Shown here: positions 15,209 to 29,000 of the stretch, piece after piece
How positions within the stretch are numbered: position 1 is the first letter of the stretch
How the letters are laid out: each line of letters opens with the position of its first letter
Notes under the pieces: model-generated
Seen by the model: only the letters and a program-made list of their open reading frames with translations
Databases searched by the model: none
What the model was told of the DNA's origin: nothing
Made by a program: the position numbers and the translations under genes
Assembly (NCBI GenBank): GCA_017654855.1
Contig: CM030333.1
Span: 248,001-312,000 of the forward strand
Direction of reading: 5' to 3'
Length of the DNA: 64,000 nucleotides
DNA from: Podospora anserina
Lineage: Eukaryota

Positions 15209-15278
15209 AACCTCGGCGGAAATCGAACCCGCGCCTCCGACGTAATAGCCGGCGTACTAGGTACTATACTACGAGGTT
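15209..15278 (-). ncRNA. tRNA-like gene inside Gypsy element
   Basis: AACCTCG TA GTAT AGTACCTA GTAC G CCGGC TATTAC GTCGG AGGC GCGGG TTCGATT TCCGC CGAGGTT: perfect 7-bp acceptor stem, T-loop/B-box, 6-nt anticodon loop. Confidence 0.75.
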
Positions 15279-15329
15279 AATAAAGACGAAGGAATCTAGA
15301 TATAACTAACGTTACGCGTTTTAACTACC

Positions 15330-15935
15330 CTAAATTAACGGCGTATTACCGGTAGTACCCTATATAGTCAAAAAAGAAGGACCGGCTATACTAGGGTTTA
15401 GGAAAAATTCGGCGGGCTAGTTTAGGCCCAAAGAGAGATCCAGGAAGGAAAAGTCGGAAGAGACGATAGTAAAAGGCTTTACGGCGGGATAATTTTTAAA
15501 AAGAAACGGAACGAATAGATTACTTTTTATACTTAGTTCTTTCTAACTCCTTTATACTATCGAAATTACGAAAGACGGCTCGCGATATTTGTTTTAATTA
15601 AGCTTTTTTTAAGCGACGAAATAACGGACGCTAATATAAGTTACTTCGGTAACTTCCACGGTTTTTTTTTAATTTAGTTTCGACGGTATTATATAGAAAA
15701 GTATTTTAGAAAAGTTAATAACAATATATATTTAAGTATTATAATAATATAAAGTTTAATAAAAATATTTATAGTAACGTAAAGAATCGGAAGAGGAAAA
15801 AACGTAAAAAAGGTTACGGGAAATATACGCGGAGTAGAATAAAAGTACTTTAATCAAATTGCGGAGGATCTTTTTTATAAAGCTTTATTAGTTAAACGCT
15901 TTGAAATATCTTTATTTATTTATACGGTTAAATAT
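15330..15935 (-). pseudogene. Antisense Zn2Cys6 ORF relic, variant B
   Basis: 15836-15741 reads Y-SA-Y-ISRNLF-Y-VFSSSDSLR-Y-YK-Y-FY*TLYY-Y; all six Cys positions are TAC/TAT (RIP of TGC/TGT), spacing X2,X6,X9,X2,X7. Confidence 0.7.
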
Positions 15936-16048
15936 TATAAAAGTAAAGAAAAGTAAAGGGGAATACTTATAGGAAGGAAAAGACGGGAAATAAACAGTTA
16001 TTTTAAAGCTTAAATCGACGGGACTTTAACCTAAAAGAAAAGGTATTA

Positions 16049-16453
16049 TATTATAGTTAAACTAACGGGTAGAGCGGACTATATACAGGGTATAGAATGT
16101 ATAATTAATCGCTAATAAAACTAAATAAAATAGGAATTTCTTTACCTATATAATTATTATTAAAAATTAATAATCTTACGTAGGATTATTACTAAAGATT
16201 TATAATCTAAGCTAGGATTATTATTAAGGGTTAATAATTTAGGAGACTACTAATCTTATATATATAGAGGAACTAGGTAGTATAGATAGATATTTCCGTA
16301 ATATACAATATAAATTATAATTAATAGTATTAAAGCTGCGATAATGAAAACAAACTATTTATTACGTACTATTTAGCTATACCGAACCAGGATTATATAA
16401 ATGTGCCTTTAATTAGCATTCTATTTAGAGGTTCTGGATAGGGGTTTGTTACA
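16049..16453 (+). repeat. 3' LTR (GGATYAT-type U3)
   Basis: Follows purine tract aaaagaaaagg; conserved R/U5; ends ggggtttgttaca. Confidence 0.85.
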
Positions 16454-17068
16454 CGTAGTTGTTATGGCGATAATGTAATCCCGGGTCTATTAAACCTCGC
16501 TCTCGAGTTCCTTAACGCGTTTAATAAGCTGTTCCGTAAGTGTAATATTAAATCTAGTTGTCGTAGCGGAAGGTCCGTCGCTGCCTGGGCTAGGCGGGAT
16601 GTCTTCTATTTAAACGTTTTTAGGTCCGGCTATACTAATGAAAAAACGCTTTCAAGTTATCTATAATAAAGTTAAAGTAAGTATATAACGTATAACGAAC
16701 CCTTATCTATAATCTCTAAAAAGGATATTAGTTAAAGGTACTTTTAAATAATCCTACTTCGGTATAGTTAATTAGTATATAATAAATAGCTTATCTTAAT
16801 TACAATAGTTTAAATACTACCGATTTTAACTTATATTATATACTGTAAAACCATCTATCTATACTAGCCAGTTCCTCCGTATATATAAACCTCCATCCTC
16901 CAGGTACCTCCGTACCTGGCTTACCGTGGCCCACTAGTGATCCGGCTCACCTTTACTAAGAGGTGAGCGCCCCATTACCCTGCAGCCCCGCCGTTACATT
17001 TGCCTTGATTGGCTACTACGGCCTGCTGCAGTTCCCACTTGGTCTTGCTATATAGTTGGTTTGTGACA
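16454..17068 (-). mobile_element. Gypsy remnant: 5' LTR (16691-17068), leader and start of gag
   Basis: LTR tataacgaaccc...ttgtgaca with its own distinct U3; gaaggtccgtcgctgcctgggctaggcgggatgtc matches gag start at 53120-53160 in reverse. Confidence 0.85.
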
Positions 17069-20000
17069 CCTCTTTACCATAGAAACTCCTTTACCGAAGC
17101 CTTATTATACATTAAACAGTACTAAAACATATAGAAGATCAGCTATTACTACTTTTTCTTATTTTAGCTTTTCGACTATATACTATATAATATATATATA
17201 TAATATTGTATATATAATCGATAAGGCTAAACTATAAATTATGTTAAAGGTAACGAGTAACTTATTTATATTTTCTAAAGTTTCTATTAATATCTTCGTA
17301 AAAATATTAAACTCTGAAAGCTTAAACCTCTAATAAAATAAGAATATTAACGGCCTCTATACCTAATACTTTTATTATTAAAAAAGTCAAATACTTCATG
17401 AAATGTAATTAGAATATAGATATATAAAACGATGGATTTTTTTAAAAAAAAGAATATAGTAAAAGGTTAGTTAGCTAAGAAAATAATTATCGTGAAAGTA
17501 GTACTAAATCTAAAGCAACCAAGAAAAAATAAAAGTAAATTTAAAATGGTTATATTTTAAATATAGTAAAAGAGAAACTATATAAAATACATTATGGTAT
17601 AAAAAGGTACTATTCTGTAAGATAATAAACCCAAAATTATTTTAATCATTATTTTTCATATCTATTTTATTTTTATACCTTTAATTTCATTATTATATAC
17701 CTTGTATTTAAAACCTTATTTATTATTGCGGATTTGTTATGTTTTAGACGCTATTAATTTATTAGTAATATAGAATAAACTATTTTAAGAAAATGAATTA
17801 TTTAATACATTACTTTAATGTTTAAGTTATTACATATTATTGATATTTTCTAATACTTTAACTCTAACCTTTCTTATTTAAATACCAAATCCATTCATCC
17901 AAATTACTTATAGGTTAATTAAGAAAAGACTAAAAAAAAGATTCTCAACGTAAATTACTAAATATACAAAAAATATTATTTATTATATGTTGATTATATA
18001 CATTGTATCTATTGCTTAAACTTTTTTTCTAAAAACTTTTAATACTACCTATATAAGCCTAATAACAGTTCTTAAAATTTAAAATTTCTCTATGCGTAAA
18101 CCTTTACTTATATGATAATTACTTTGTACTACTGAAGACCTCGTTAATTAGGTCTATATAAATAAAGGAATGTTATAAAATATCTGTATATTAATTTTTT
18201 AGAAAGTTTTATTACGTTTAATAACTAATTAGCTATAGTTCCCTTTACTAACCTTATTTTATTTTACTATTATACCTTTATCCTTCGCCTTAACTAACAA
18301 TATCAATTGCTTACCTAATTTAGTAATTTTATATTATGAAAATCTTTAAATTCTATAATTATTATAGTAAAGATCCTAATGTTTTTACAATACTTCTAAA
18401 CTTTACTAAGCTATATTTCTTAGTTACTTAAAAATTTAAAACTAAAATATCGAAAAATTATTAGTTAATTCTTTTTTTTAAAATTAAAAGTTTAAACATA
18501 TTTTATTTATAAATATTAATTTAGTAAATATTAGTATTTCCCTTTTTTAAATAAAGTAATATAAGTTTATAATTATATACGTTATTTAACTCTACGTATA
18601 AGGACCTAGTTAGCTAGGCCTCTACAAGAAAGATATTTCTAAGAATTAAGGTCAAGAAATCTCGGGTGATAAGGTATTTATGTTCTAAGTTTTTAACCAT
18701 TCTTATTGTATTTAACAATTAATTGACTATATTTTAATGGTATTTTTTCCTTTTTACATTAATTAGAAATATTATTTCTACATTTCATTTACTTATTTAA
18801 TTTATTTAAGACTTTTAAATTCCATAATAATACTAATGAGTTTTTAAGATAATTATAAGATCTATATAAAGTATTTAGAAATTATATTTTTCTTTAATTA
18901 CTTATAATTTATATTATATAGTATTCTGGAATGTAGTTTTGTTGTAAGTAGGAAGTTATTTTCAGTAGGTAATAAAAAGTAATATTATATTAGTATTATA
19001 TTCCTTTCACATCAATTTAGTGCTCTATTATATTAATTAGGTTTTTTTAGAGTAAAAAAATAGTCTTTTTAATATTACAATACTGGTCCAATACTAGTAG
19101 GTTGATGGATACTGGGTATGTGTGGGTAAGCGGGGCTTTGGGAGCGAGTGAGTAAGTAGTTAAAGCTTTGCCCTAATTAAAGAACTTTACGCTTTAAGTA
19201 AGATTGAAATTTCCTTTTTGGTTTTCTTTAATATATAATTTAATTATTTAGTATAGTATAATTATAATTTCGTTTTAGAACTTATTTAGTAAGTAGTAAT
19301 AAGTATAAACTTTATTTATTATACTTTAAAAATATTTATCTTTTACCCTTTAACTAACTTATAACTCTATATTATTGAATGAACTATATTATTTTGCGGG
19401 CTATATAATTTAACTATAAGTAATTTAGTACCTGATCTTTTTTTTAAAACTGGAATTTTGGTAAGGTCCTCTATAACTATATTTATGAACTCTACTAGAG
19501 CTATGACTAAAGTTAAATGGTAAATTAAAATTAAAATTGATATCTTTATAAACTTAGGTAAATTCCTTAATTAAAACCGTAAATGTGAGATAAACCTCTA
19601 TTCATCTAGTATACTATATAATTGTGTTTTTAATTCCTTATAAATATACTACCCAAATTCTAAATGGTTAAAATACCCCTACATATAGTAATAATAAAAT
19701 TAATAGTAAATTTATTTTATTTAAAGTTAAGAAATCTTTTTAAGAATACAATTTCAGAATCACGTTGTAATTATATCATTGAGGATATATTAATAACTTC
19801 AAGGTAAAAATACGAAGGTTTAATGAATGATATAATTATATAAAAGGTTTTTGTTTACTTTAACCACTTTTACTCAAAAACAATATACTTTTACTTCTTA
19901 GGCTAATATAATATAACAAAAATATACAATACTTTTAAAGATTTATTAAAAAATTTAATCGAGAAATAGCCTTTATATAATATAGTATTTAATTGAAATA

Positions 20001-23000
20001 AATTGTCTTTCTTTTTATACCGACTCTATTAATAGATATAAAACAACTAAAAAATAAATAACTAACTTCGCCATTATATTAGAGGCTAAAAATAAACTCT
20101 TATTAAAATTAATATTACTATGGTTAATATTTATTAATAATCATTAATAGTTATTTAGAATATCATAATTATTACTAATAAAGCATTATCATCGAAAAAG
20201 AAAGAGTAGGCTTAAGCTACTACTTAAATAGCTAAAGCCGAGGATTATGTTGCTAAAGATAAACTACAATATACTTATAAGGCTATCCTGCTAAAAAGGG
20301 TTAATATCGAAAGTAAAGTCTCATGTATTATCATAATACTTTACAATTTAAAGCTTTGTACTATTTAAAGTCTAGTTATACTTTTAGAATAGAAAACGCT
20401 TTTTATTTCTATGGTAATAAGAAAGTTTTTTTTGTAGTTATCTTTATACATATTTTAGAAGAGAAACTACTAAGAATTTAGTATTATATCTAAAAAATAA
20501 ATATCTTAATAAATTCCAATTTCTTTATAAATACCTACTTTAGGATTTAGATCGTGATTATGGTAATAATGTTATTAAAAAGAATAATCCATAATTATAA
20601 TAATCACTACTAAGGTAAATAAATAATCTTACAGGATTTTACAAATAAATCTATATATTTCATTAAAAATAATTTTTCTTATTGAATCAACATAATAAAA
20701 CTTAATAATAAAAATACTATTGCTACCTTTAATAAATTATTATTAAAACTCTCTAGACTTCTTTATTATTAAAATATATATATAAACTAATATTAAGGGG
20801 TTACTATTCCATATAAAAGGAGTAAAGCTATATTAATAAAAATTACTTCAAAAAGTAAAAAGAGAATCAACGATAAAAACTGAAAAAGATGGTAATAATA
20901 TCATTTATAGCAGAAGAAGTTAAACTATTACTACTGCTTTTTCAATTAAAGTTTTAATACTTTAATTATTCAAAAATAGAACCTTTATACTTCAAATAGT
21001 TTTTTGAAGGAGAAGTTATGTAAAAACTTAATAACTATTAATTTTAATATTATGAACTCTGGTATTATTTGATATAAACTTTTTTTAATTATTTGGAATT
21101 TAGATGATATTATTATTAAAGGGAAATTGTGGATTAAAAATAAGTTTTTCAAACTATGATTAATACTACTTTTTATCTTCTAATAAAACTTCTGAAGTTA
21201 AAGATTCTATAAAGAATAATTTCACTTAATCATTCCTTAACAAAATTAAAAACTAGATAATGTATTTTATAATACTCTACTACTAATTAATATTATTATA
21301 TTAAAGAATTAAAATATATTAAAGCTTTTAGAAGTAGAATAGTAGTAAACGAATAGTTTTAACCGGATATATAATATTTAAAGATTAGCTTATAAAATAA
21401 TTTAATAAGCAGAAGAACTTCCAAATTTTAAATTATAGATTAAAAGCTTGAAACTAAATTTAGAAAGATATTATGAAACGATTCTATAAAATTATGAAAA
21501 TCTAGAAACTAATATACTTACTATTACCGAGCGAGGGGATTTATATACCTTTTTTATAATTATTATTATAATAATAACTAAAGTTGTTTTGTATAATTAA
21601 ATAGGAAAATATATTAAAGTAACTAATTTATATAAAATAAATTCCTTCATGTAAGAGAAAGAATAATAAATAAGGATTATGGTGTAATTACTTAAGGATA
21701 GTAACGAGTTATATTACCAAGTATATACTATATTTCCTTGAAATGCTACGAACTTTCAAGTATATTTAGTAAAAAGTAATTTCATATAGTACTACTTTAT
21801 TTTACCTATATATATATATATATATATTTACTATCTAATATTATAAGATATTGATTAATAAACTAATAGTATAGAACGTATATATTATAGATATCTTAAA
21901 TATAAAATAATACCGGTATTATATATGCATAAAGCTTACAACAGCCTTTATTTTTTCAATACATTATTAAAAGTTAAACACTATTATTGAGAAAGACTAT
22001 TGCCCCCTTTTTTTCCACTACTAAAATTATAGCTTATATCAATTATGCTAAAACCTTTCTTAGGATTTATATAGATTAAATACATCAGTATATTCAAATA
22101 TACTTTAATAATACAAATTGACCATACTCTAGATATAGTATAGTACCCCTAAATGAAGAGTATTATAATTAATAAACTCTTAACATTTCAGTAATATGTT
22201 AATAAACTATAATAAGGTATTTACACTTATTTCATTTAGTCTATCTTGAAAATATTCTAATTTATTAAATTGTAAAGTAAAGAGTTAATTTATATTAAAT
22301 CAATATTAATATATTTACAAGAGGTAGTATTATAAACTAAAATTAAAAGGTATAAGGTTTATATAATATAGATAAAATATTAAGGGCTTATTAACGTTGA
22401 GACTACTATAATTAACCCTCTTAACATTAATTAGCTCATAGAAAAACTATTAAACTATTTATAAGTTTAATAAAGAAGTATTAATTATTTAATTTATAAA
22501 TTATGAATCAAAATTTCATGAAGCCCCAAAAAGCTATTAAAGGCTTCTACCTTTTAACATTTTCACTCTATTTAATTTATAAAGCTATAAATTAATTTTA
22601 TTAATAATATACTAGCTAATATAATATTTAACCTCTAAAAAGAACTTAGTACCCCGGAGTATATTACTTTAAAATAATATAAAGTACTAAGTATAATTTA
22701 TTAATCTAAAATAAAACGTTTTTTACTGGTATAAAATTATTCTAAGTATAACGGGCGAAATATATTAAGTTCTAAGGTACCCTACTTATTATTATAGTAA
22801 ATTACAAGGCTTTAAAATATCTTTTAATAATATATTTACTAACTATAGAGTAATAATTTCGATTAATAAAAGATTTTTTTATTATTTTTATTTTATATAC
22901 TACGCTAATATTAAAAATTTCTTTTCTAATCTTTTATTAAAAAAAGATAAGATTATAAAACCTAAAAATGTTTAGTTATAGTATAGTACGGTTTCAATTA

Positions 23001-26000
23001 ATTTATAGGCTACCTAATTGATTAATAAGACTACATATTTAATTATTAATAAAACGACTAATTTATAATTATAATTCGGGTAATTATATTTCTTATATTA
23101 ATAATAAGTTTTGGGTATAATAATGTTGTTGATTTAAAAGATTTGAAAATCAAAATAGATATAAAGTAATTTTATTATAATCTATACTCTACAACCTTAT
23201 TAACGCTATGTTATACAGTAATAAAATAACAAATCAATTAGACTATATTATAATTATATCATGAAAGAAAACGTATCATTAAATAAACTCATTTTATATT
23301 ATGAAATCTACTTGCCGGTATTTTAAGAGTATGATTTGTATAGGAGAATCTTTATTAGAATTATAAAAGAATAATTATTAATTTCTGCCAAAGTGAAATT
23401 AAGAGTTGCTATAGATATTTAATCCGTAAATAAATATTACTAACGTCCAAAATTAATATATTCTCAATGATTTACATTAATAAATATAAATACTATAAAA
23501 TAAAACCTTTAGATTTATATTTTTATTTAAAAACAACCTATATATAAAAATGCCTTATTATGGTTCATAAAATTCTTTTAAAACAAATATAGATTTGGTA
23601 ATATATTGATTATAAATTAAGTATAAGTTAATCAAATTAATTATATTTCTTTTTTAGAATACTTGTACTATAGTAAAGAAACTGTTAAAATATATTAGAA
23701 AGCAGTATTTTACATTTTTTGAATTTTCTAATATTATTATATGCAAGAAAAATAATTATAAATCTTTTTTAAATGGTAGGATAAGTTAAAGTTTTTAAAA
23801 GGATGTTCTTTTAAAAGTTACATCTGTTCTTTATAAGTGATTTAGATAGTATGTTAAAGGTTATTCTTACAGTAAATACTATATAAATAAATTTATTATA
23901 TAATAGTTCCGAAGTTTTACTTTATAAAATATTAGTAGGTTATTCTATCGAGTTATTATTTCATTAGAGGAATAAAGTAGACTTAATACCCTAATTTATT
24001 AATGAGAAAGTATTTTGTACATAAAGCTATAAAAAAAAGTCTAGACCATTTACTAATATATTTAAATTATTTAGGGAAAAGCAAATGGAGCATAGAAGAA
24101 ATAATGGATAATAGTAAGTCAATATCATTGAAAATCCAACTTTAATATTAAAAAGAAAGTATCTAATTAAAAAGAATAAATAAATTAATTAATTTAATAA
24201 TAAACTAAAATCTTCATTAATATAATAGATTTATACAATTCTAAAAAAGGAAGGTTATACATCAATTAAAAATATTAAAAAGGTTAAAATTTGAGTAGGA
24301 TATTTAAAGCTAAATAATTACGTAAGCTTTTTAATAAATCGATTAAGGGTTAAAAAATAAAGAATTTAAATTTTAAAACAAGAAGAAATTATAATATTCA
24401 CTAAAATCTAAAATAAATAGCCTTTTTTTAAAAAGGATGTATTATAATACACAATAGTACTAAATTAATTAAAAGGGTTAAGGTCTTAATATAATTTATT
24501 ATTTAATATCAGACTTTAAAAATATATTTAATTTCTTAAATTAATATTACTATAAAAATAAAATAAATTAAAATCTTTAATATATTTAACGAAGTAAATA
24601 TAAGTATAGTTAAACAGCAATATAATAATCCAGGTAATCCTAATAATAATGAACTAATTTATATAATAAAAGAATAATTAGTAGAGTATAATTATTACTT
24701 TATTTAGATTTTACTTATTAGACTGTAAAATTTATATAGTTTTTTTTAAAGTCTTATTGTATTCTTTTTGGGTGGTATTATAGTCTTTTAGTATTGATAT
24801 TTACTTTACTATTCTAAGAACTATTTTTTATATTATCCTCCGGCGCCTTTTTATAATTAAGGTCAATTTTTCGATATTCTTATACTATATCCCGGTAATT
24901 CAATTAAAAGGAATTTTATACGCGGAGAGTTACTTAGGTAGGTTTTATAAATAAAAGGTTTCTTAATAAAGGTTAAAGTAAAGAAGTTTAAGGATATAGA
25001 TTATATATATATATAAAGATTTTATAAAACATTTTTATTACTTCTGGAAAGTAACTAACTATTTTTTTCTACTAACCTTCCATTATCCCCATACTATACC
25101 TATTTGTCCCATCCTAATCGAAAATGAATATTTTAATTTTATCTTCATTATTTTCAAAACACAATATAATAATTAATATAAATAATTTTTTTAATAGTTT
25201 AAAAAATTTCATAAATTCCCCAAACAGTAACATTTATTTTAATTATTAATTGAGGACTAAATAGGTTAACATTATTAACGCAAATCTTTTTTTTAAAAAA
25301 GAAATATATACTTGCATCATAATAATTCACCTCAGAGTATTAATAATAAATTTTCAAAAGGTTAAAATAATAAAACCTTTAAATTATATGCAGTATAGCA
25401 TAATAAAAATAAGTATAATTTTCGTATATTAAATAACACGATTATTATAACCTAAGAAGAAAACCTTCGAAGATATAGAAATACTTATAAAAAATGGATA
25501 AATACAATAAGTATCAAAGTAGGACTAATAGATTATATACTATATCGTATATATGGTAGAGTAAGCTTATATTAATTTAAAGGACTTAATATAATAAAAT
25601 ATAAACGCTATTCAATACATTTAATATAGTATTAGATAAAACGCTAACGATAATATAGATACTATCATTAGTACTAATAAATCTTTTTCTCTCCTATAAG
25701 AACTAATAATAATATCTTTATAATTTATTTAATTACAACTTCCTTTTTATTTAAGTAATATTAGCTTTTTTAATTATTAATATTCATAATTAATAAGATA
25801 TAGCTTTTTTACTATAAATCTTTGGAAATATTTAATAGAACTATATAGTTTTGATTAAATAAGCTATAATAGTTAAACTATTATTATTTTCCATTCTAAT
25901 CTTTACTAAATCAAAAACCCCTCACTATCTTTCAACGAAAAATCACGAATTAAACTACCAAAAGTATTACTACTTATAAAATGCCTAGTAAAATAAAAGA

Positions 26001-29000
26001 TTGATTTTAATAGTTATATACTATTATTGGAGTTATAAACGCTACGATTTGGGGCTATTTTAGCCCTTCAATATTTACCTTTGTCTTCCTATCTTAATAA
26101 TAAATAAAGTCAAGATTTCCTTTCTTATATTATGCCCCGGTACTTTTCTTTTCAAAAAACCCTGCCTTTTATTTATATTAATAATATTCTTATACTATTA
26201 AATTAAAAACTATTTAAAATATACATTATTTTGAAGAATCGAATTCAAATTATAATATTCATTGTAGCAAAGTATAACTATTAAAAAATATTCTTTTAGT
26301 AGTATTATATAAATAATAAGAAAAGGTTTCTTATTTATTCGGAAATTATAATACAGTAATTAAGGATCTTTATTTAGGATTGCTTCTGATAGAAACTTTA
26401 TATAAATAAAGAGTACTTATAATAAAGAATTACGATACGAGAATTTTTATTAAATACTGTATTACTATGAAATATAGTATTTAATACATAGATATATATT
26501 ATGATTATAATGTTATTAACATACAATGTATTTATTAGTCTTTAGTAATTGATTAGGAAAGTTAAAAAAAAAAGCCCTATATTATGAAGTAGATAGTTTT
26601 TCTTTTTAAATAAAACATGAAAAATAAATAGCAACGAATTATATAAAGTAAGATAGAGGATAAATACATAGTATAGTAAGTTGAAGGTAGAGTATTTAGC
26701 ATCTAAAAAGAGATTAAATAAGGGGTATAGTAGTATAAATATAGATAAATGAATATTTCTATAAAACAAGCTTAATAAGAAATTAAAGGAAACTTCTTTT
26801 AGAATGAATAAATAATAAAAATAGAATTATTAAAAGAATATTTAAAATTTAGGGTTGGGAGGTTATAGTAGTATTTTTAAAAAGATGAAGTTAAAATTTT
26901 GAATAAAAGAATCAACGAAGTAAGTATTGGAAACACTACTGAATAATATATAATCGTTGGAAAATCAGGCGGTATATTTACTTTAAAGTTTTTATAAATT
27001 TATTAGTTTTATAATATAGGATACTGTATATTAAATACTTTACTAGAAACGTAAGACTAGTTTATTATTAGTTTTTAATTTTCACTTAAAATACTAATAA
27101 GTTTCCTTTTATTTATATTAGTTTTGATTAGTCTAAATATACTAAAAACTCTCTTTAATTTATTCGAATAGTTAAAGTATATCGTTACTTTTTATAAATT
27201 ATTCGTAATTAAATATCCTAAGTAATTAGTTAAATATATTAATTATTTTTTATTAAATTACTAATTTAATATTCTTTTTATATTATATTCTTTTTTCCCG
27301 TTCTCCGCTACTTCCTATATATTAATATTACTTACCAGTAATACGGGTTTTAAAAATAAAATATAAAAAGTATATAACCGTAAATATTTTATATTAGGTA
27401 GCTTTCATACGAATATTGTCTTTAATATTTTCCTCTTAATTTTAACAAACCTATTTTTCTATAGTCTGGCTTCCTACTAGGTCCCTTAATATATAAATTA
27501 CATATAGAAAGGAAAACTATATTCCCTGTTTAAAGTAAAGTCCCTTAAACCTTTCAATATTATAATATTCCTACATTCTTTTCCATATAAACTTTGAATT
27601 TTTCTTTACATTTACCGTAAAACATATATAATTTACTTACTTTAACCCTAACCTTAGGTAGTTTATCATTAAATCCTTACCGTAAATTCACCTTTTATAT
27701 AAAGTTTATAAAAGACAATATAACTTTATTTATTTTTATTAGTAATATATAGTAGATTAACTATACTGTACATAGAAATTTAACATAATGACCTTACTTA
27801 AAATTACTATAATCCCGTAAATATTATTTCACAATCTAATTCAGCCGCTTTATTTAATTATTTATTTAAAGATAATAAACTAAAAACGCTTTACTTATCA
27901 CCTCTAGCCTTATTATTAACGCTCTTAAAACTTCGATATAAACCTAATATCGCGGTGCGTAATAACTCTTTTAACGATATATATACTACTGTCATATACT
28001 ATAATACTATATCCGCTAATTAATTTACCTATTAAGTTTCTTTATATAGTAAAAAATATATGTATATAATAAACTTATTACTACCCTTAATAAATTATTA
28101 TATTTAATACCGGCTACTATATCCTTTAATTTTAATAATTTAATAATTAAACTAATTATAGTTCAACTTTATAATTATTCGCTTATTAATAATAGTTTTA
28201 AAAATTTATAAAACTTATACCTTATAACCTTTGTTATTTTATATATATAGTGTTATTAAAAAACTTTCTTAATATTATTTTTAATCCTTAACTAATTAAA
28301 GAACTATTTAATCCTTTCTATAATTTTTATAATACTTATAAATTTACGTACTTCGACCTATACGTTTCTATTACTAATCCCATTTCATTACTCAACCTTG
28401 TATATACTCAATTTTTATACTATAGTTTTCCCTAATTATCCTTTTAAATACTTTATAACTTTAATCTCTGCTATTAATATTACTTTATAATATCGTTATT
28501 TAATATCTCTTGATACTTATTATCAGCAATTTATTTAAATAGATTATATAATACTTTATTTACGGTTAGAGTAAATACTTAAAAATACCTTTTAATATTT
28601 CTTAAGTAATAATAATAATTCCTTAAATAAATTTGTTTAATAATCGGTTTATTATACATATATTTATCCTGATATTTTTCGAACTCTTATTATAATTAAA
28701 TTAAAGCTTAAAATCCGAAAGAAACTTTAACTATCGTGTTTATTATAAGTTAGGAATTTTATTATCTATATAAATATATACTTTATAATTAAAAGTATTA
28801 AAATATAGCTGTTACTTTTTAAAGACTTTAATAATAATAAACAATTCTTATTATAAATTAGACAGTTTAAATATACCTCCTTCTATTTCTTTAAAGAATA
28901 ATTATTAAGTATAATTTTCCATCGTCGGTTCGCTAACCTAATTATCCTTCGATCGTATAATGTAATATATTAGCCTCGAACACGAACGGTCGATTAAAGT

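Larger units (their letters stand above)
9237..16453 (+). mobile_element. Ty3/Gypsy chromovirus, near full length, heavily RIP-degraded
   Basis: Two related LTRs (9237-9509, 16049-16453); internal region colinear with 53036-59607; flanks taggt/cgtag do not form a TSD. Confidence 0.9.

Noticed and set aside
23030-23900. Possible SF1 helicase motifs after de-RIP (LIIDE at ~23039, YR at ~23410, TVD at ~23870)
   Set aside because: No Walker A found, frames inconsistent, easily produced by chance under free de-RIP
26542-26769. 75-aa ORF
   Set aside because: Low-complexity AT-rich artefact
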